DNA from: the human T2T-CHM13v2.0 reference genome, Homo sapiens
NCBI RefSeq assembly: GCF_009914755.1
Contig: NC_060936.1
Reading direction: 5' to 3' (one strand)
DNA: 64,000 nt
Shown: piece by piece, positions 30,746-46,602 of the stretch
How positions within the stretch are numbered: position 1 is the first letter of the stretch
How the letters are laid out: every line of letters starts with the position of its first letter
Program-made: the position numbers and the translations under genes
Notes under the pieces: generated by a model
Seen by the model: the letters and a program-made list of their open reading frames with translations, nothing else
Told to the model about the DNA's origin: nothing
Database searches by the model: none

Positions 30746-30961
30746 ATGGTATTATATTTAGCATAGCGCTAGAGTTAGATATAAACATATAACACATAAC
30801 TTCAATAGTATCCTCCTTCCCTCCACTCCCCGCCTCCCGGCCTCCCCTCAAAGAGTGAAGAAGAAGCATATTCCATGTTTGTTTGGATCTTAATGAAAGG
30901 GCAAATTTAGATATTTAAATTTATATATTAACATATAAAACATAAATATGCGTGTGTGTAT

Positions 30962-30964
<3 letters not shown>

Positions 30965-31004
<40 letters not shown>
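30965..31004. repeat. (CA)n microsatellite
   Basis: Directly visible. Confidence 0.95.
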
Positions 31005-31007
<3 letters not shown>

Positions 31008-31044
31008 GTTTGGGGTGAGGAGAAAAAGGATATGTTAGTAACCT

Positions 31045-31265
31045 CTTGCAGTGTGCCAAATCTTACGCTAAGCATTTTCCATGCATTATTTTATTTACTT
31101 CTCACAGTTCTATAAGAGATGGGCATTATTCCCATGTCATAAATAAAAAAGATAAGAACACTCTGAAGCTTAGAGAGGCTAAAGATCATATAGATAATGA
31201 ATAGTGAACCAGCATTTAACCTAGAGCTCTTTAGCCCTTAAAACTTTTGCTTTTAACCACTCTAC
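31045..31265 (-). mobile_element. MIR
   Basis: gtgtgcca...tgcattatt...gcttagagagg...ttttaaccact. Confidence 0.7.
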
Positions 31266-32895
31266 CATTTGTATTCCTGTTAGGAGTCTCCTCACATCCC
31301 TTGGGAGACCTTGAACATATTCTGAGATTTACAAGTTACCATGTTAATTTTATGATTTTGTATTTTCATTTCAATGACAATAAAAAAGTTTATATACATA
31401 TTCTGGATCACCTGGGTGACTGTCTTACAATGAAATACCCTATGTAGTTTCATTTATATTTATGGATATCATCTCATTGTCTTCAGGTATTACTGTTATA
31501 ATTGTCATGGGCCAATGAGAAAAGAACAGTGGTGGGCCTAATCCATACTGTTGCTTTTTATCCAAGCAGAGTTCAAATGATGTCATAATGTACTATAAGC
31601 AGCAAACTTTTTTTAAAAAGTAATTTGACAAAATTTCTGAGACAGTTGGATCATCTTACAGCTCAAAACAAAACAACTTGGACAATAGTAATAAGTACCA
31701 TGAGTGCACTGTGAGCAGCAATTTAACAGCATATTCAATTAATACTGGTACTTTGCACTATGTCTTTTGGTTTGAATTGCATTCAATTTGGGAACTCTAG
31801 ATCTAATATTTGCATTTTTTACAGTATTACAATTTATCAGTGGATCTAGAAAATATTTTCTTTTATAATTATACTATATTATACTATCATCTAGATACAG
31901 ACCCTTTAGCTCATGGAGATGAAGGAATCAGTTCTGTTTAGGGGAGTGCTGGAAAGCTTTGCCAAGATACTGCCATTTAAGCTTCTTCTTGCAGAATGAG
32001 TGCATGTATGCTCTTATGCTCGGCAAAGACAGGGTAAGGGAAAGGGCAGGGACATGAAGACATCTGAAAAGGCAAAAAAACAAAAGAATCTTTTCCTCAT
32101 GCTTACTGCATGAGGGAATATTAAAAATATAGGTTATTGTTAAAGACCTTTAGTGCTAATTAAGGGAATATGGATTTTATTACGTAATTAGTGTGAATCC
32201 AAAAAAAGCAAAAAGTGTGGGAATATAAACAACTTTTATAATTCAATTGTGTGCATATGGAATCTTTGTAAATTAAGTCATGTTTTACATAAAACCAGAA
32301 TCTTATTGGTTAAAGACTATTTGGAAATGGAATGTAAATGTTTTTGTATGAAAATAAATTGTCCCCAAATTTTCAGATTTACAAGTTACCTTTTTTTTGG
32401 TCTCCCCCTCTCCTTCCTTCTTTCCGTTCTTTTCCTCTAGGCGCATCCTTTAATAATGAAATCAGAAACTCGTAACTTTATTCTTCTCTCCCATCTCACT
32501 GGGATATTTTAGCGATTAATAGTATTCTACCCATTTGATTTAATGATTTTTATTTTATTTTAACTAACATTTATTGAGAAAACTACATATGAGATTTTCT
32601 GATCACTAATATTTATTTGCACAGAAAAAGGTGTTACTATCATTTACTTAATAGATCTGCTTTTATTAATGATTTTATGCCTTGATTTCCCACAGTTAGC
32701 CTCCAGCTGTTACTTCTGTATTATGCATGTTAGAGTGAAATGTCCAAATTAAATTAGTTTTTAAGCTGAGCCCTGTGAAATCACCAGGTGGAGAAATACG
32801 GATGGCATATTATTCCTGCATATGCATTTTCATATGCTATTGGTGCAGTGTAATTCAACTGTAGCATTCACAACTTTCATCATTGACATAGCCTT

Positions 32896-32939
32896 GGTGG
32901 GGTCGGGGAGGAGGGATGGGGGGTGGGGGGCGGGGGGAG
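32896..32939 (+). other. G-quadruplex-forming motif
   Basis: Six G tracts (G4, G4, G3, G6, G6, G6) with 1-4 nt loops. Confidence 0.85.
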
Positions 32940-35121
32940 TAAATGGAATGATATGTACAAAAACACTTTTCAGCTGGGAAGAGTGAAACAAGTTAATAGG
33001 AAATAAAAGGCCATATTGTCTATTCAGACTAGTACGTTACTTTTCCAGAGTCATGGGGCTAGCAACCACTATATGTCTGACTTCTACCAAGAAGGGTTGA
33101 ATCCCTGGTTGATCCTGTGAGGCCTGAGGCATATAAACAAGAAACATGAAAGGGAGAGGAAAATTAAATGAAGTGGGAGTGTTGCAGAATAATAATACAA
33201 TTAAGGGAGAAAATAATAGAGGTAGAGGAAGAGGTTATATACACTTATTTCTCTTACTATGAACATTTTACTTAGAAGTGTAAGGTTGTATGTCTTGTTT
33301 GATACAGTGATAAAAATTATGATAATGCTTAACAGAAATGGGTGCTTTGCTCCATAAAAGTGCTCCGTGCTTTCCTCTGTCATTATGAATTAATCAGCAA
33401 GAAATCCAGAAGTGAACAACATAAAAGTATTCCCTCTCCTCCTTTTTTTAAACAGTGAAAAAAGTTGACAATATATTTATTCTGTCATAGATCCAAAAAG
33501 CCAAGCCTGCGTTTTAAGGCAGGGTTTTCTTTGGTTTTCTATTTCTCAGCCACACCTTCAGATTTCTTGGCACAGTACAGTCATAGCATTGTGTCATATC
33601 CTTGGTCTGTTTTATCAGACTTTATAAATTGATTCTGACTGTACCAGCAGTACTAGATTCTTATCTTTACACAGTTTGGGAAATGGACAATGACTCTTTT
33701 GGAAAAACAGCTCTATAAATTGTGCTGTGGTATGTGAGAATGGGTTCTCTGCTTTGCTTTTCCTCTAGCCTGCTGCCATTCCTAGACAGTGTCATTTCTC
33801 TGATTTAGGGCATTGTGTAGCTGTTCTGGGTAGAGTAAACCTGCCTCTAAATGTGGAACAGATTGTTACCCGTCAGAATTCTCCACCTTGGAATGGTGAC
33901 ACTGAAAGATACAATTCAGCTCTGGCCAACACCTCCTGTCTTCCCAGTTCACTTACTCTCGTCTCCACTCCAATTATTGCATCTAATTAGGACCTTGAAA
34001 CAACAACCTACTACTTTTTTTTGTTTGTTTTGAACCTCGTATGGCCTCACACTTCCTTCCTTACCCGGGTCAGATTTCATGGTCCAGCAGTATAATTACT
34101 CCCTTCTAAATCCCCTTGACTTACTTGCTTTTCTCTTTTGTCACACTTGCTTGCAAAACCTCAATCCTGATTTAAAGCAAGTGTCTTCCTACACTGCCTC
34201 TGCCCTGAGCAGCTTTATGTTACCGGGCAAGAAGAGTCACAAAGCTTTGCAGACTGGTCTCACATTGAATTTATGGCCACAGATCTCAAATTGCTCCTAA
34301 TTCTGCAGGCAGTCCTAATTAAGAGGACTATTAGATTTGATTTCCCATCCTCAGAGGTGACTGTATCATTCTGTTCTCTTATCAAATCTGCAAATCCTTC
34401 GCCTCCACTCAAAGTTTCTGGCTTCACTTGATATTTCTTTGAGAAAATTAAAATAATTGGATGCTACCCAGTTTGTCTCCTCATCAAATCTACCAGCCTA
34501 CTTGCATCTATACCTGGAGCCTTTGCCTGAATAGTGCCACTATTCCTGAATTCACCTCTGCTGCCTTTTCTGTTAATCCTATCCCAGTTGCCCAACCTAA
34601 AGATGCTTCTCCCTCATTATCCTTCTCCCTCCTTTCAAATTTTTGCTTTCTCCTTGTTCACAAGTGTACTAACCTGCCTTTAGAGTTCCACTTAATGTCT
34701 TAAAAAAAATCGTTCTCTTGATGTGATGTCTTATTCTAGTTGCCACCCTGTTTCTCTCTTCCCTTCTCAGCAAATCTTATTTAAAAAATTGACTGTAGTT
34801 GCTATCTGCCTTTCCTTACCTTTCTTCAAGTTTGTTTAATCAGGCTCCTATTTTTAGTAGTCTTACGAAACTGCTCTTGTCAAGTTATCATAAATATCCA
34901 TGTTACCAAATACAGAAATCACTTCCATGGCCCCATCTTAACTTTACCTTTCAGCATCATTCTACACATTTCCTTCCTTGAAACACTGTTTTCTTCTGGT
35001 ATCTCTGATACCAGTGTCTCCTTATTTTCTCCCTCTTTCACCTGTCATTCCTTTTGTGGTGTTTCTGATTCTGCCACTTTCCTCTAGACCTCTAAAAGGC
35101 TCCACTCTCAGTCCTATTCTC

Positions 35122-35171
<50 letters not shown>
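35122..35171. repeat. (TA)n(CA)n(TA)n microsatellite
   Basis: Directly visible. Confidence 0.93.
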
Positions 35172-35179
35172 TCTCAGAC

Positions 35180-35520
<341 letters not shown>

Positions 35521-35934
35521 TAGCTACCAAATTAATAATATACAAGGTGCTCCAGAATACTCTACTTATTACCTACACAATGTCTTTAGTTAAATATCAA
35601 ATTTAGTTTTACTCAGAACAGATCTCTTGATCTGGCCCACCTTTTTCAAAACCTCTTCTTCCCCAGTTTCCCACCCTCAATAAATGGTACTACCATTCAC
35701 TCATTGTGCAGGCAATAAATCACCAAGCAATCCTTGATTTTTCTTACTCCCTACGTTAAATCTATTAGTAAGCCCGATCACACCTCAAAAATGTATCTTT
35801 AATTCAATGATTCCATTCGATTCTCTCTATGAACCATTATCCGTTGCTCAAATTACTGCAGCTGTTTTCCAATGGCTATCTGCTTCTATATCACTTCTGT
35901 ACTAGTCCCATCTCTGTAGCAATCAGACTGAACT

Positions 35935-36178
<244 letters not shown>

Positions 36179-36923
36179 TGAACTGAACTCTTAGACATTG
36201 TCACCCCTTGGGTTAAAACCTTCCTGTGTTCTCCCATCATACACAGTGAAACCCAAGCTCCTTCCACAGCTTAGGCTCTGTATCCTATGGCTTCTTGCCA
36301 CCCCTATAACCCCACCACAACCTCCCCTTCCATATACTCCACCTATCAGCTTTTTTGTTGTTGTTAAAACAAGCTAAGCATTTTCTATCCTCAAAGCCTT
36401 TGTAGTTATGATTCTCTGTGCCTCTTCTCCTAGATCATTATATGTCTCTTCCCTGACCATTGTAGCTGAAATACACTGTTTGTCACATCCAGTGTCTCCA
36501 TTACATTGCTTGTTTTAATTTTTTTCTTAGCACATGTCACTGTGCTATGACATACTTTTTTGTTAGTTTATGTTCCCGCCTCCCCCTTTTAAAAATAAGT
36601 TCAATATGTTTGTTGAGGGTGGGGACATTGTATTCTTTTTTCTTCCTTAGCTGTATTTAACTCTTGGCAGGCATTCAGTAAATATTTGCTGAATAGATGT
36701 GCGAGGGCTGGCTCTTTTCTGAAAAAGTTGACAGTTGAGAATGCATGCTAGTTTTAAATTATGGACAAATATGTGGCTTTACATCAGTTGAGAGAAACTT
36801 GAATGTTTATTAGGTTACTGTTATTTTTATTTGTGTTTTTGAGCAATTCTTTTGTACTTTGTGATAACAAGTAATTGCTTCCAAATGAAAAAGACTTTTC
36901 CAGTGACCTGCAAAGCTCTTCAG

Positions 36924-37105
36924 CAGGGATTGGCAAACTACAGCTCATCTGGCACCTATTTTTGTAAAACCTGCAAGCTAAGAATGGGTTTTACATTTTT
37001 CAAGGGTAACAAAAAAGAAAAATATATGAGACAGATTTTACATGATTCACAAAATGTGAAATATTTGCTCTCTGATCCTTTACAAGGGAAGTTTGCTAAC
37101 CCTTG
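36924..37105 (+). mobile_element. MER58 (C-like) hAT-Charlie MITE
   Basis: cagggattggcaaactac...agctaagaatgg...cctttaca...agtttgctaacccttg. Confidence 0.8.
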
Positions 37106-37189
37106 CTGGAGGCGGTGGCCCTCATTACCTGCCTTCCTCATTAGTGGCCTGCTGCATCTGTCTGCTTCACCTGGGCCTCGTGCCCATTC

Positions 37190-37530
37190 GCATTTGCTGT
37201 TTCCTTCGTGAGGAACACTCAGGCTCACTCCCTTACTTCCTTCACATCTTTGCTTAGCTGTTGCCTTTGCAGTGGAGCCTTTCCTGAGCACTTAATTTAA
37301 ATTCCAATCCCGCCACCCATTCCTACACACCTTATCTCCTTTCTTCTTTTATTTTTCCCATTGGACTTATCACTGTCTGACATACCATGTATTTTTCTTA
37401 TGTTCTCTTTCTTTCCAGTGGACAGTAAACTCAGTGAGGGCTGAGATTTTTGTCCGTTTTGTTCACGGCCATATTTTCGAAGATAGCACCTGGCCCATAG
37501 AAGCTTTTATTAAATATTTGTTGAATTAAT
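37190..37530 (+). mobile_element. L2 3' fragment
   Basis: Ends taaatatttgttgaattaat. Confidence 0.7.
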
Positions 37531-38173
37531 GGTCATAGATTAAAGTTATCTTGAGAACCAGCATTAAAAAAAGTCAAAACACTTCAGTAAACATTGATTA
37601 ATTGCCATAAAACAGTCCTCATCTCAGATCTATGGAGTTGTATAAAATCGGGTCCTTGTCTTCAAAGAAATTAGTGTAGTAGTGAGAATAAGCATAGAAA
37701 TAAAAGACACTAAATGTAAGATGAGACTAATTATCCTGCAGTTTCCTTGCTGATTAAAAAAATGTTGAATTGATCATTTAAAGTATTTTTGCAGAAGTTA
37801 AAAGTGTTTATGTAAAACTCCAAGTAATTAACACTTTTACGTTCTGTATTGATATCTTTTCTCCTTTTCATCATGACTTGTTTTCTTTAGACAGTTAGGA
37901 ATATGGTTCCGTGAAAATAAAACCCATATTTAAAATGGCTTTTAAATAGTCAAAAGCATTTTAATTAGATAAATAACAAGTGAAACTATTAGCATTTTAT
38001 TTTTAGTTTTTTGGTTACTCTTTGGGCAGGTATTTTTTAAAGCACAATTAGATATTTAAGTAGTATTATAAAATTTTATGTCTTAATTTTTATGTTAACT
38101 GTGAGTGGAGCTCTTTGGAAGAAGGTAAAATGAGAGAGAGTGTGTGTATGTGTGTGCACGTGTGCAATATATA

Positions 38174-38816
<643 letters not shown>

Positions 38817-39682
38817 CATATTCTCTATATGTAACATTTTATAAATATTATAGATGTTTATATGTAATATACACAGTGCTTTAGCAATGTCATTTTATTT
38901 TTAATTATTGTCTATTTAAGCCCTAGCTTAAGCTTCTCTTCTTGAGTGAAAACACAAATACCTTAGTGAAATTTGATTGATAATATTTTTTTTAATTTGA
39001 CAATAGAAGCATCCTATTTTTTCTTAAATTTGTGTGGGAGATTTTATGGTATAGTAACGTATAACACTAACTATATGTAACTTCCTTTTTGGTAAAGCAA
39101 AACAGCCAGTAGAATTGTAGCCTCTGGCAAATGTTGTTAGTTTCTTAATAGGAAGGAGTAAGTTAAAGACAGATAATAAAAATTCCTTTACCAATTAATT
39201 TTGCTAGGTGTTTAAGATACAAGGAAGATATTTATTTTTTAGTAATTCCATTGTTTTAGAGCTTCAAACAAACTGTATTTTCCCTCAGAGTTTTGTTTTG
39301 GGTGGATTTGTCAGTAGGGTATGATTAGTTTCCTTTTTACGCATTTGTTCAACAAATGTTTAATGAGCACCTATAAACCACAAGGAACTGTACTAGGAAT
39401 TGTGGATTTTGAAAATATATCAGAGGAGGACTTTAACCTCTAGGAAGGCATGTTCATAAAGTACAGTAAAACAGGTATGTAGACTCCCTCCCTAATGTGG
39501 AGAACAAGTCAACATGTCATAAGATAGATTCAGTTAAAGTGGTATGGGAGTTAGGAGCATCCATAATAGTTGTGATCTAATAGATTTACCTAAATTTGAG
39601 TTTGGATTTTAAGAGACAGAGGCTTAGAGCAGCAATAACAAAGTAAATATGGGCAAAGCCTGCCTGGCATAGTCTGCATTGA

Positions 39683-39854
39683 CTGTTGTTTCTTAACATT
39701 GTGCATTTAGTGTGTATTCATATCCCCTGGGAACCTCGTTAAAGTGCAGATTCTGATTTAATAGGTCTGGCGTCAACCTGAGATTGGGTGTTTCTACCAA
39801 ACACTAAGGTGATATTCATGATATAAGTTCATGGATCACACTTTAGATAGCAAG
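39683..39854. mobile_element. MER5-family MITE
   Basis: gttaaagtgcagattctgattta-taggtctgg...cacactttagatagcaag. Confidence 0.7.
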
Positions 39855-40963
39855 ATGGTGGACCACATTTTGTAAAACTTCTGGTGGCAGAGACAAGTAA
39901 AAATTCAACTACTATTTTCTTTCCCATCTTCGTTTTTCTGTCTTCTTACACTTTTGTTTGCTTACATCTGTGTGCTGGTGGAGAGAGTTAAATCTTTTAT
40001 TCATCATTTCACTGTTTATTATAATAGTTGGGAGCTTAGCAATTGTGAATCTAATTTTAAAGCATTAATTTATTTATGAATTGCTCTAATTTGTCCTCTT
40101 CCTGCTTGAAGAATGGTAAAACATCTATGTTCACTATGAATTAAATTCAGATTAGTTCAGGCAAAACAGCAGTTGAGAGAGTTTTAATAAATTTACTAAA
40201 CCATTAAATCCATGGCACCTCACGATAGGAATTTACTAACATCTGGGTTTTCTTGAGAATTTAGATTCAAATCAAACTAGATGTTAATCTACTTATAAGG
40301 AAAAAGAAGGAAATTCCTCATTTCACAAGTTCTGTTATGTCTCAGAATGTTTTTTCCTAAATATACATTCCAGAAATACCCTCCTTTTACTCTTTTAACT
40401 TATATTTAGATGATACTCCCTCTTATATCTCTTCCCAGAGAAACAGTATTGAAAAGGATAATAATGAGGCAAGAAAATCATTGTGTGTTTTCATCTTTTC
40501 CAGTTAATTCATGAATTCAGAACTATGCATACATTCATAAAACCATGTGCATGCACACACACACGTACACAGACAGACACGCATACACAGGACGAGAAGG
40601 TGGGGGTAGGCAAGAGATTGATTTAATTGTCTCACAATTTTCTATACTTTTCTTGGTTGCCTATCATAGATAAAACCATTTTATCTTGATAGTCATCCTT
40701 TAGCCTATAGAGTGAAGGTGAAGAAATAATAGTGGTGAAACTAAAGATAGGAGATTTAAAATATGAAAAGAAAATGGATTAAGAAAATCAAAGACCAAAA
40801 ACTTAAAAGAATCAAAGACCAAAAAAATGTGCCATACTGTACTACTTTGTATATCTAGTCTGATATAGGCAAACAACCTATTTTGAGATACAACCATATC
40901 TCTTTTTAGAAACAACTTTTAAAGAAAATTTTAAAATATTTTATGTCTGAAGTAGAAAATTTA

Positions 40964-41311
<348 letters not shown>

Positions 41312-41479
41312 TGAATTTTCAAAAAACAAAAAGAAAAAAACATGCTTAATTTGTCCATCTTAATATTCTTCATTATATGTGTGTATATACATACATTTGG
41401 GATCATGCTCTGTATTCCTTAGTTAGCATTTTATTATGTCTTTTTGGAGTTGATGGAGGTAGTCATTAGTATGTCTGTG

Positions 41480-41745
41480 AGCCAGGTGGAATGCTCACAC
41501 CTGTAATCTCAGCAACTCAGGAGTCTGAGACGAGAGGATCACTTGGGGCCAGGAGTTCAAGACCAGCCTGGGCAACATAGCAAGGTGCTGTCTCTACAAA
41601 AATTAGCTGAGCATGGTGATGTGTGCCTATAGTCCCAGCTACTTGGGAGGCTGAGGCAGGAGGATCAATTGAGCCCAGGAGTTCAAGGCTGTAGTGAGCT
41701 ATGATCACGCCACTCTACTACAGCCAGGACAACAAAATGAGGCTG

Positions 41746-41797
<52 letters not shown>
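41480..41797 (+). mobile_element. AluJ with (CA)n tail
   Basis: Dimer; (CA)n at 41752-41797. Confidence 0.9.
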
Positions 41798-41800
<3 letters not shown>

Positions 41801-42953
41801 GTGGTTGATTGGATAGGATGAGGGTAATGAATTTCTTGAATTGTTTTTTCTGAAACACGACTAAAAACACCATAACCTAGTTTTATGATTTGTAGGTAAA
41901 GTAGGATTTTTAAAATCACTTACTCTTCGATATAATTGTGATGGAAAGTGCTGAGGAATGAAATTGGCTTTGATTGGATTAAATATCTACCTTCTAACCA
42001 AAACATAGTCTAGTAGTTTTAATTCAGTTATTTATTCCACATGTCATAATGCCCCAAATAACCAGGCTACTGCTATTGGCATTAAAGGTTGCCAGCACCA
42101 TCTGGAATAATTCACAAATGCAAGGTGAAAGGAATTTCTGCACCATTTAAATTTTTTTCTCTCTCTTAAAACAGAGCAAAATTTTTGCATCTAGTAAATG
42201 AATGTTAGGAGGAACTTAATTTTGAGAAAAAGCAATTTGATTCATAAAAACAGAATTTTTCTCCATTTGTTTGTCTTCTCTAATGCCAGGAGCCAGTCTG
42301 CTTTTTCCATTAGTTAATATAATTGATATCAGATTGTTAAAATGAGAAATAAAAAATTATAGAGTAAGGAGAATAAATATAAACATTATTTTTCTTTTTA
42401 TTTCCTCTAGTGATAACTGATTTTATTATATTGTCTGTGGCTGAATTCTTCTGTAGATATTGAAGATGGCCAAAAATGGAGATCTAAAATGTAACTTCTT
42501 AGTGTGCATTTTCAATGGAGAATGAATTATCTCATCATCTGTGTCATTAATTCATGATTTTATCTTGAATAATTTTTCCCAGCTTTATTGAGCTATAAAT
42601 TGATAAAATAGCATGCATTTAAGTACGGTGTACCACATGATCTGATACATGTATACATTGTGAAGGATTAGCACAATCAAGCTAATTAACACCTTTATCA
42701 CCTCACATAGTTACCACTTGTTGTGTGTGTTGTTAGAACCCTTAAGATCTGCTCTTAGCAAATTTCAAGTGCGCCGAACAGTATTATTAATTATAGTCTA
42801 CCATGCTGTACACTGGATCTTCAGAACTTACTCATCTTCTGTAACTGAAAGTTTATGCCCTTTGACAAACATCTTCCACGATCTCCCCCTTTCCCAACCC
42901 TCTAGAAACCACCGTTCTACTTTCTCTGAGTTCTGTGAATTTGATGTTTTTAG

Positions 42954-43314
<361 letters not shown>

Positions 43315-45531
43315 TGATTATATATGCCACATTTTCTTTATCCATTCATCTGATGCACACTTATGTTGTTTCACATTTTGGCTATCGTGACTAATACTGC
43401 AGTGATATGGGAGTGCAGATCCTGATTTCAGTTGTTTTTGATGTGTAGCAGAAGTGACATTGCTGAGTCATATGGTAGTTCTGTTTCTAATGTTTAGAGG
43501 AACCTTCTTACCGTTTTCCATAATGGCTGTGCCAGTTTACACTCCCACCAACAGTGTACCAGGATTCTCTTTTCTCCACATCCTTGCCAATACTTGTTAT
43601 CTTTTGTCTTTTTCATAGTATCCATTCTAACTGGTATGAGGTGATATCTCATTGTGGTTTTGATTTGCATCTTCCTGTGATGTTGAGCGTATTTTCACAT
43701 TTAGCTATCCTTTGGCCTGTTGAGCATTTTTCCATATACCTGGTGACCATTTGGCCATTTAAAGTCTTCTTTCGAGAAATGTCTATTCAGATCCTTTGCC
43801 CATTTTAAAATCAGGTTGTTTTCTTGCTATTGAGTTATCTAGACATTTTGAATATTAACTCCTTATCAGATAGGTTTGCAAGCATTTTTTCCCATTCTTT
43901 AAGTTGTCTCTTTACTCTGTTGATTGCTTGCATTGCTGTGCAGAAGCCTTTTAGTTTGACGCAGTCCCATTTGTCTATTCTTGCTTTTGTTGCCTGTGCT
44001 TTTGGGGTCATGTCCAAAAAATCATTGTGCAGACCCACATCAGGAAGCTTTCTTTCCCCAGTGTTTTCTTCTACTAGTTTTAAAGTTTTAGGTCTTATGT
44101 TTAAGTCTAATCCATTTTGAGTCAATTTCTGTGTATGGTCAGGGATAAGGGTCCAATTTCATTCTCCTGCATGTAGATATCCAGTTTCCCCAACACCATT
44201 TATTGAAGAGATTATACTTTCCCCAATGTGTGTTCTTGGCATCTTTATCAAAGACCAATTAACTGTAAATGCATGCATTTATTTCTGGGTTTTCTATTCT
44301 GTTCCATTGGTATAGATGTCTGTTTTCATGCTGGTACCATAGTGTTTAGATTTGTAACATAGTTTGAAATCCGAAAGTGTGATGACTCCAGCTTTGTTCT
44401 TCTTACTCACAATTGGCTATTCACGGTCTTTTATGGTTCCATACGAAGTTTAGGATTCTTTTTTCTGTTTTTGTGAAACAATGCCATTGGTATTTTGATA
44501 GAGGCTGCATTGAATCCATAGATTGCTTTGAGTAGTATGGACATTTTAACAACATTAATTGTTTCAATTCATGAACAGATTATCTTTCCATTTGTATGTA
44601 TCTTTTTCAATTCCTTTGTCTTCTAGTTTTTAGTGTACAAATCTTTCAGCCAGTTGTATACAAAAATATACAACTAATTTTTGTATATTTTATATTCTGC
44701 AACTTTACTGAACTTACTATAATAGTTTTTAACAATTTTTTTATGCAGGCTTTAGGGTTTTCTATGTATGAGGTCATGTCATTTGCAAATAGAGACAGTT
44801 TATCTTGTATTTTCCAGTTTGTGTGCCATTTAGTTCTTTTTCTTGCCTAATTGACTAGGACTTCGAATATTCTGTTGAAGAGGTGGTGAGAGTGGACTCC
44901 CTTTTCTTGTTCCTGATGTTAGGGGAAAAGCTTTCAACTTTTCACCGTTAGATTTATCGGCTGTGGGCTAATCATATATGGCCTTTATTGTTGTGTTGAG
45001 GTACATTCCTTCTTTACCTAATTTATTGAGAGTCTTTATCATGAAAGGATATTTAATTTTGTCAAATACTTTTTCAGATGATTGTGTGATTTTTATCGTT
45101 CATTCTGTTAGTGTGGTGTATGACGTTTATTAATTTGTGTATTTTGAACTATCCTTGCAAATAACCACTTGATTATAGTGAATGGTCCTTTTAATGTGCT
45201 GTTGAATTCAGTTTCCTAGTATTTTGTTGAAAGTTTTGCGTCTAGTTTCATCAGTACTATTGACCTGTAATTTTCTTTTCTTATAGTATCCTTATCTGGC
45301 CTTGGTATAAGGGCAATACTGGCCTTTTAAAATGAGTTTGGAAGTGTTCCTGCCTCTTTAATTCTTTGGATGAATTTGAGAAGAATTGGTACTAGCTTGT
45401 GCTTAAGTGTTTGGTGGAAATCAGCTATGAAGCCATCTGGTCCTCAGCTTTTCTTTGTTGGGAGGTTTTTGACTACTGCTTTAGTCTTCTTTCTTGTTAT
45501 TGGTCTGTTCAGCTATTAATATGTCTTCACT

Positions 45532-45809
45532 TGTCCAGGTACAGTGTGTAATCCCAGCATTTTGGGAGGCCAAGGTGGGAGGATCACTTGAGACCAGGAG
45601 TTGGAGACCAAACTGGGTAACATAGCAAGACTGGTCTCTACAAAAAAATAAAAAATTAACTAGTTGCAGCGGTGCATGCCTGTAGTTGCAGCAACTTGAG
45701 AGGCTGAGGCAGGAGGATCCTTTGACCCCAGAATTTTGATGAACTATGATGGTGTCACTGTGCCCCAGCCTGGACAACAAAGCAAGAATGAATCTCTTTT
45801 AAAAAAAAA
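45532..45809 (+). mobile_element. AluJ inside L1
   Basis: Diverged dimer; TSD-like gtcttca. Confidence 0.88.
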
Positions 45810-46292
45810 GTCTTCAATTTTGTTGTTGTTGTTGTTTTAATGATTCAGTCTTTAGGGTATATGTTTCTAGAAATTTATTCATTTCTTCTAGGTTATCCAA
45901 GTTGTTGGTGTATTAATTTTCATAATATTCTCCTTGTACTCCTGTGGATCAGTTGTAATGTCTTCTCTTTCATGTCTGATTTTCTTTATTTGAATTCTCT
46001 TTCTCAGTTATTCTAGCTCAAAGCTTGTCAATTTTGATTATCTTTTGACAAACAACTATTATGTTGATTTTTTAGAATTTTCTTTCTGGTCTCCCATTTA
46101 TTTCTTTATTATTTCCTTACTTTAGCTAACTTTGGGCTTAGGTTGTTCTTTTTTCTATTTTTTTGAGGTGTAAGGTTAAGTTGTTTGAGATCTTTATTTT
46201 CTTAAAGTTTATTGCCATAAACTTGTCTCTTTGAACTGCTTTGCTGTATTCTGTAGGTTTTAGAATGCTGTGTTTTCATTTTATTTGCCTGA

Positions 46293-46602
<310 letters not shown>

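Noticed and set aside
31325-32390. Exact 16-mer AGATTTACAAGTTACC at 31325 and 32375
   Set aside because: No flanking similarity; compatible with chance in 64 kb of AT-rich DNA.
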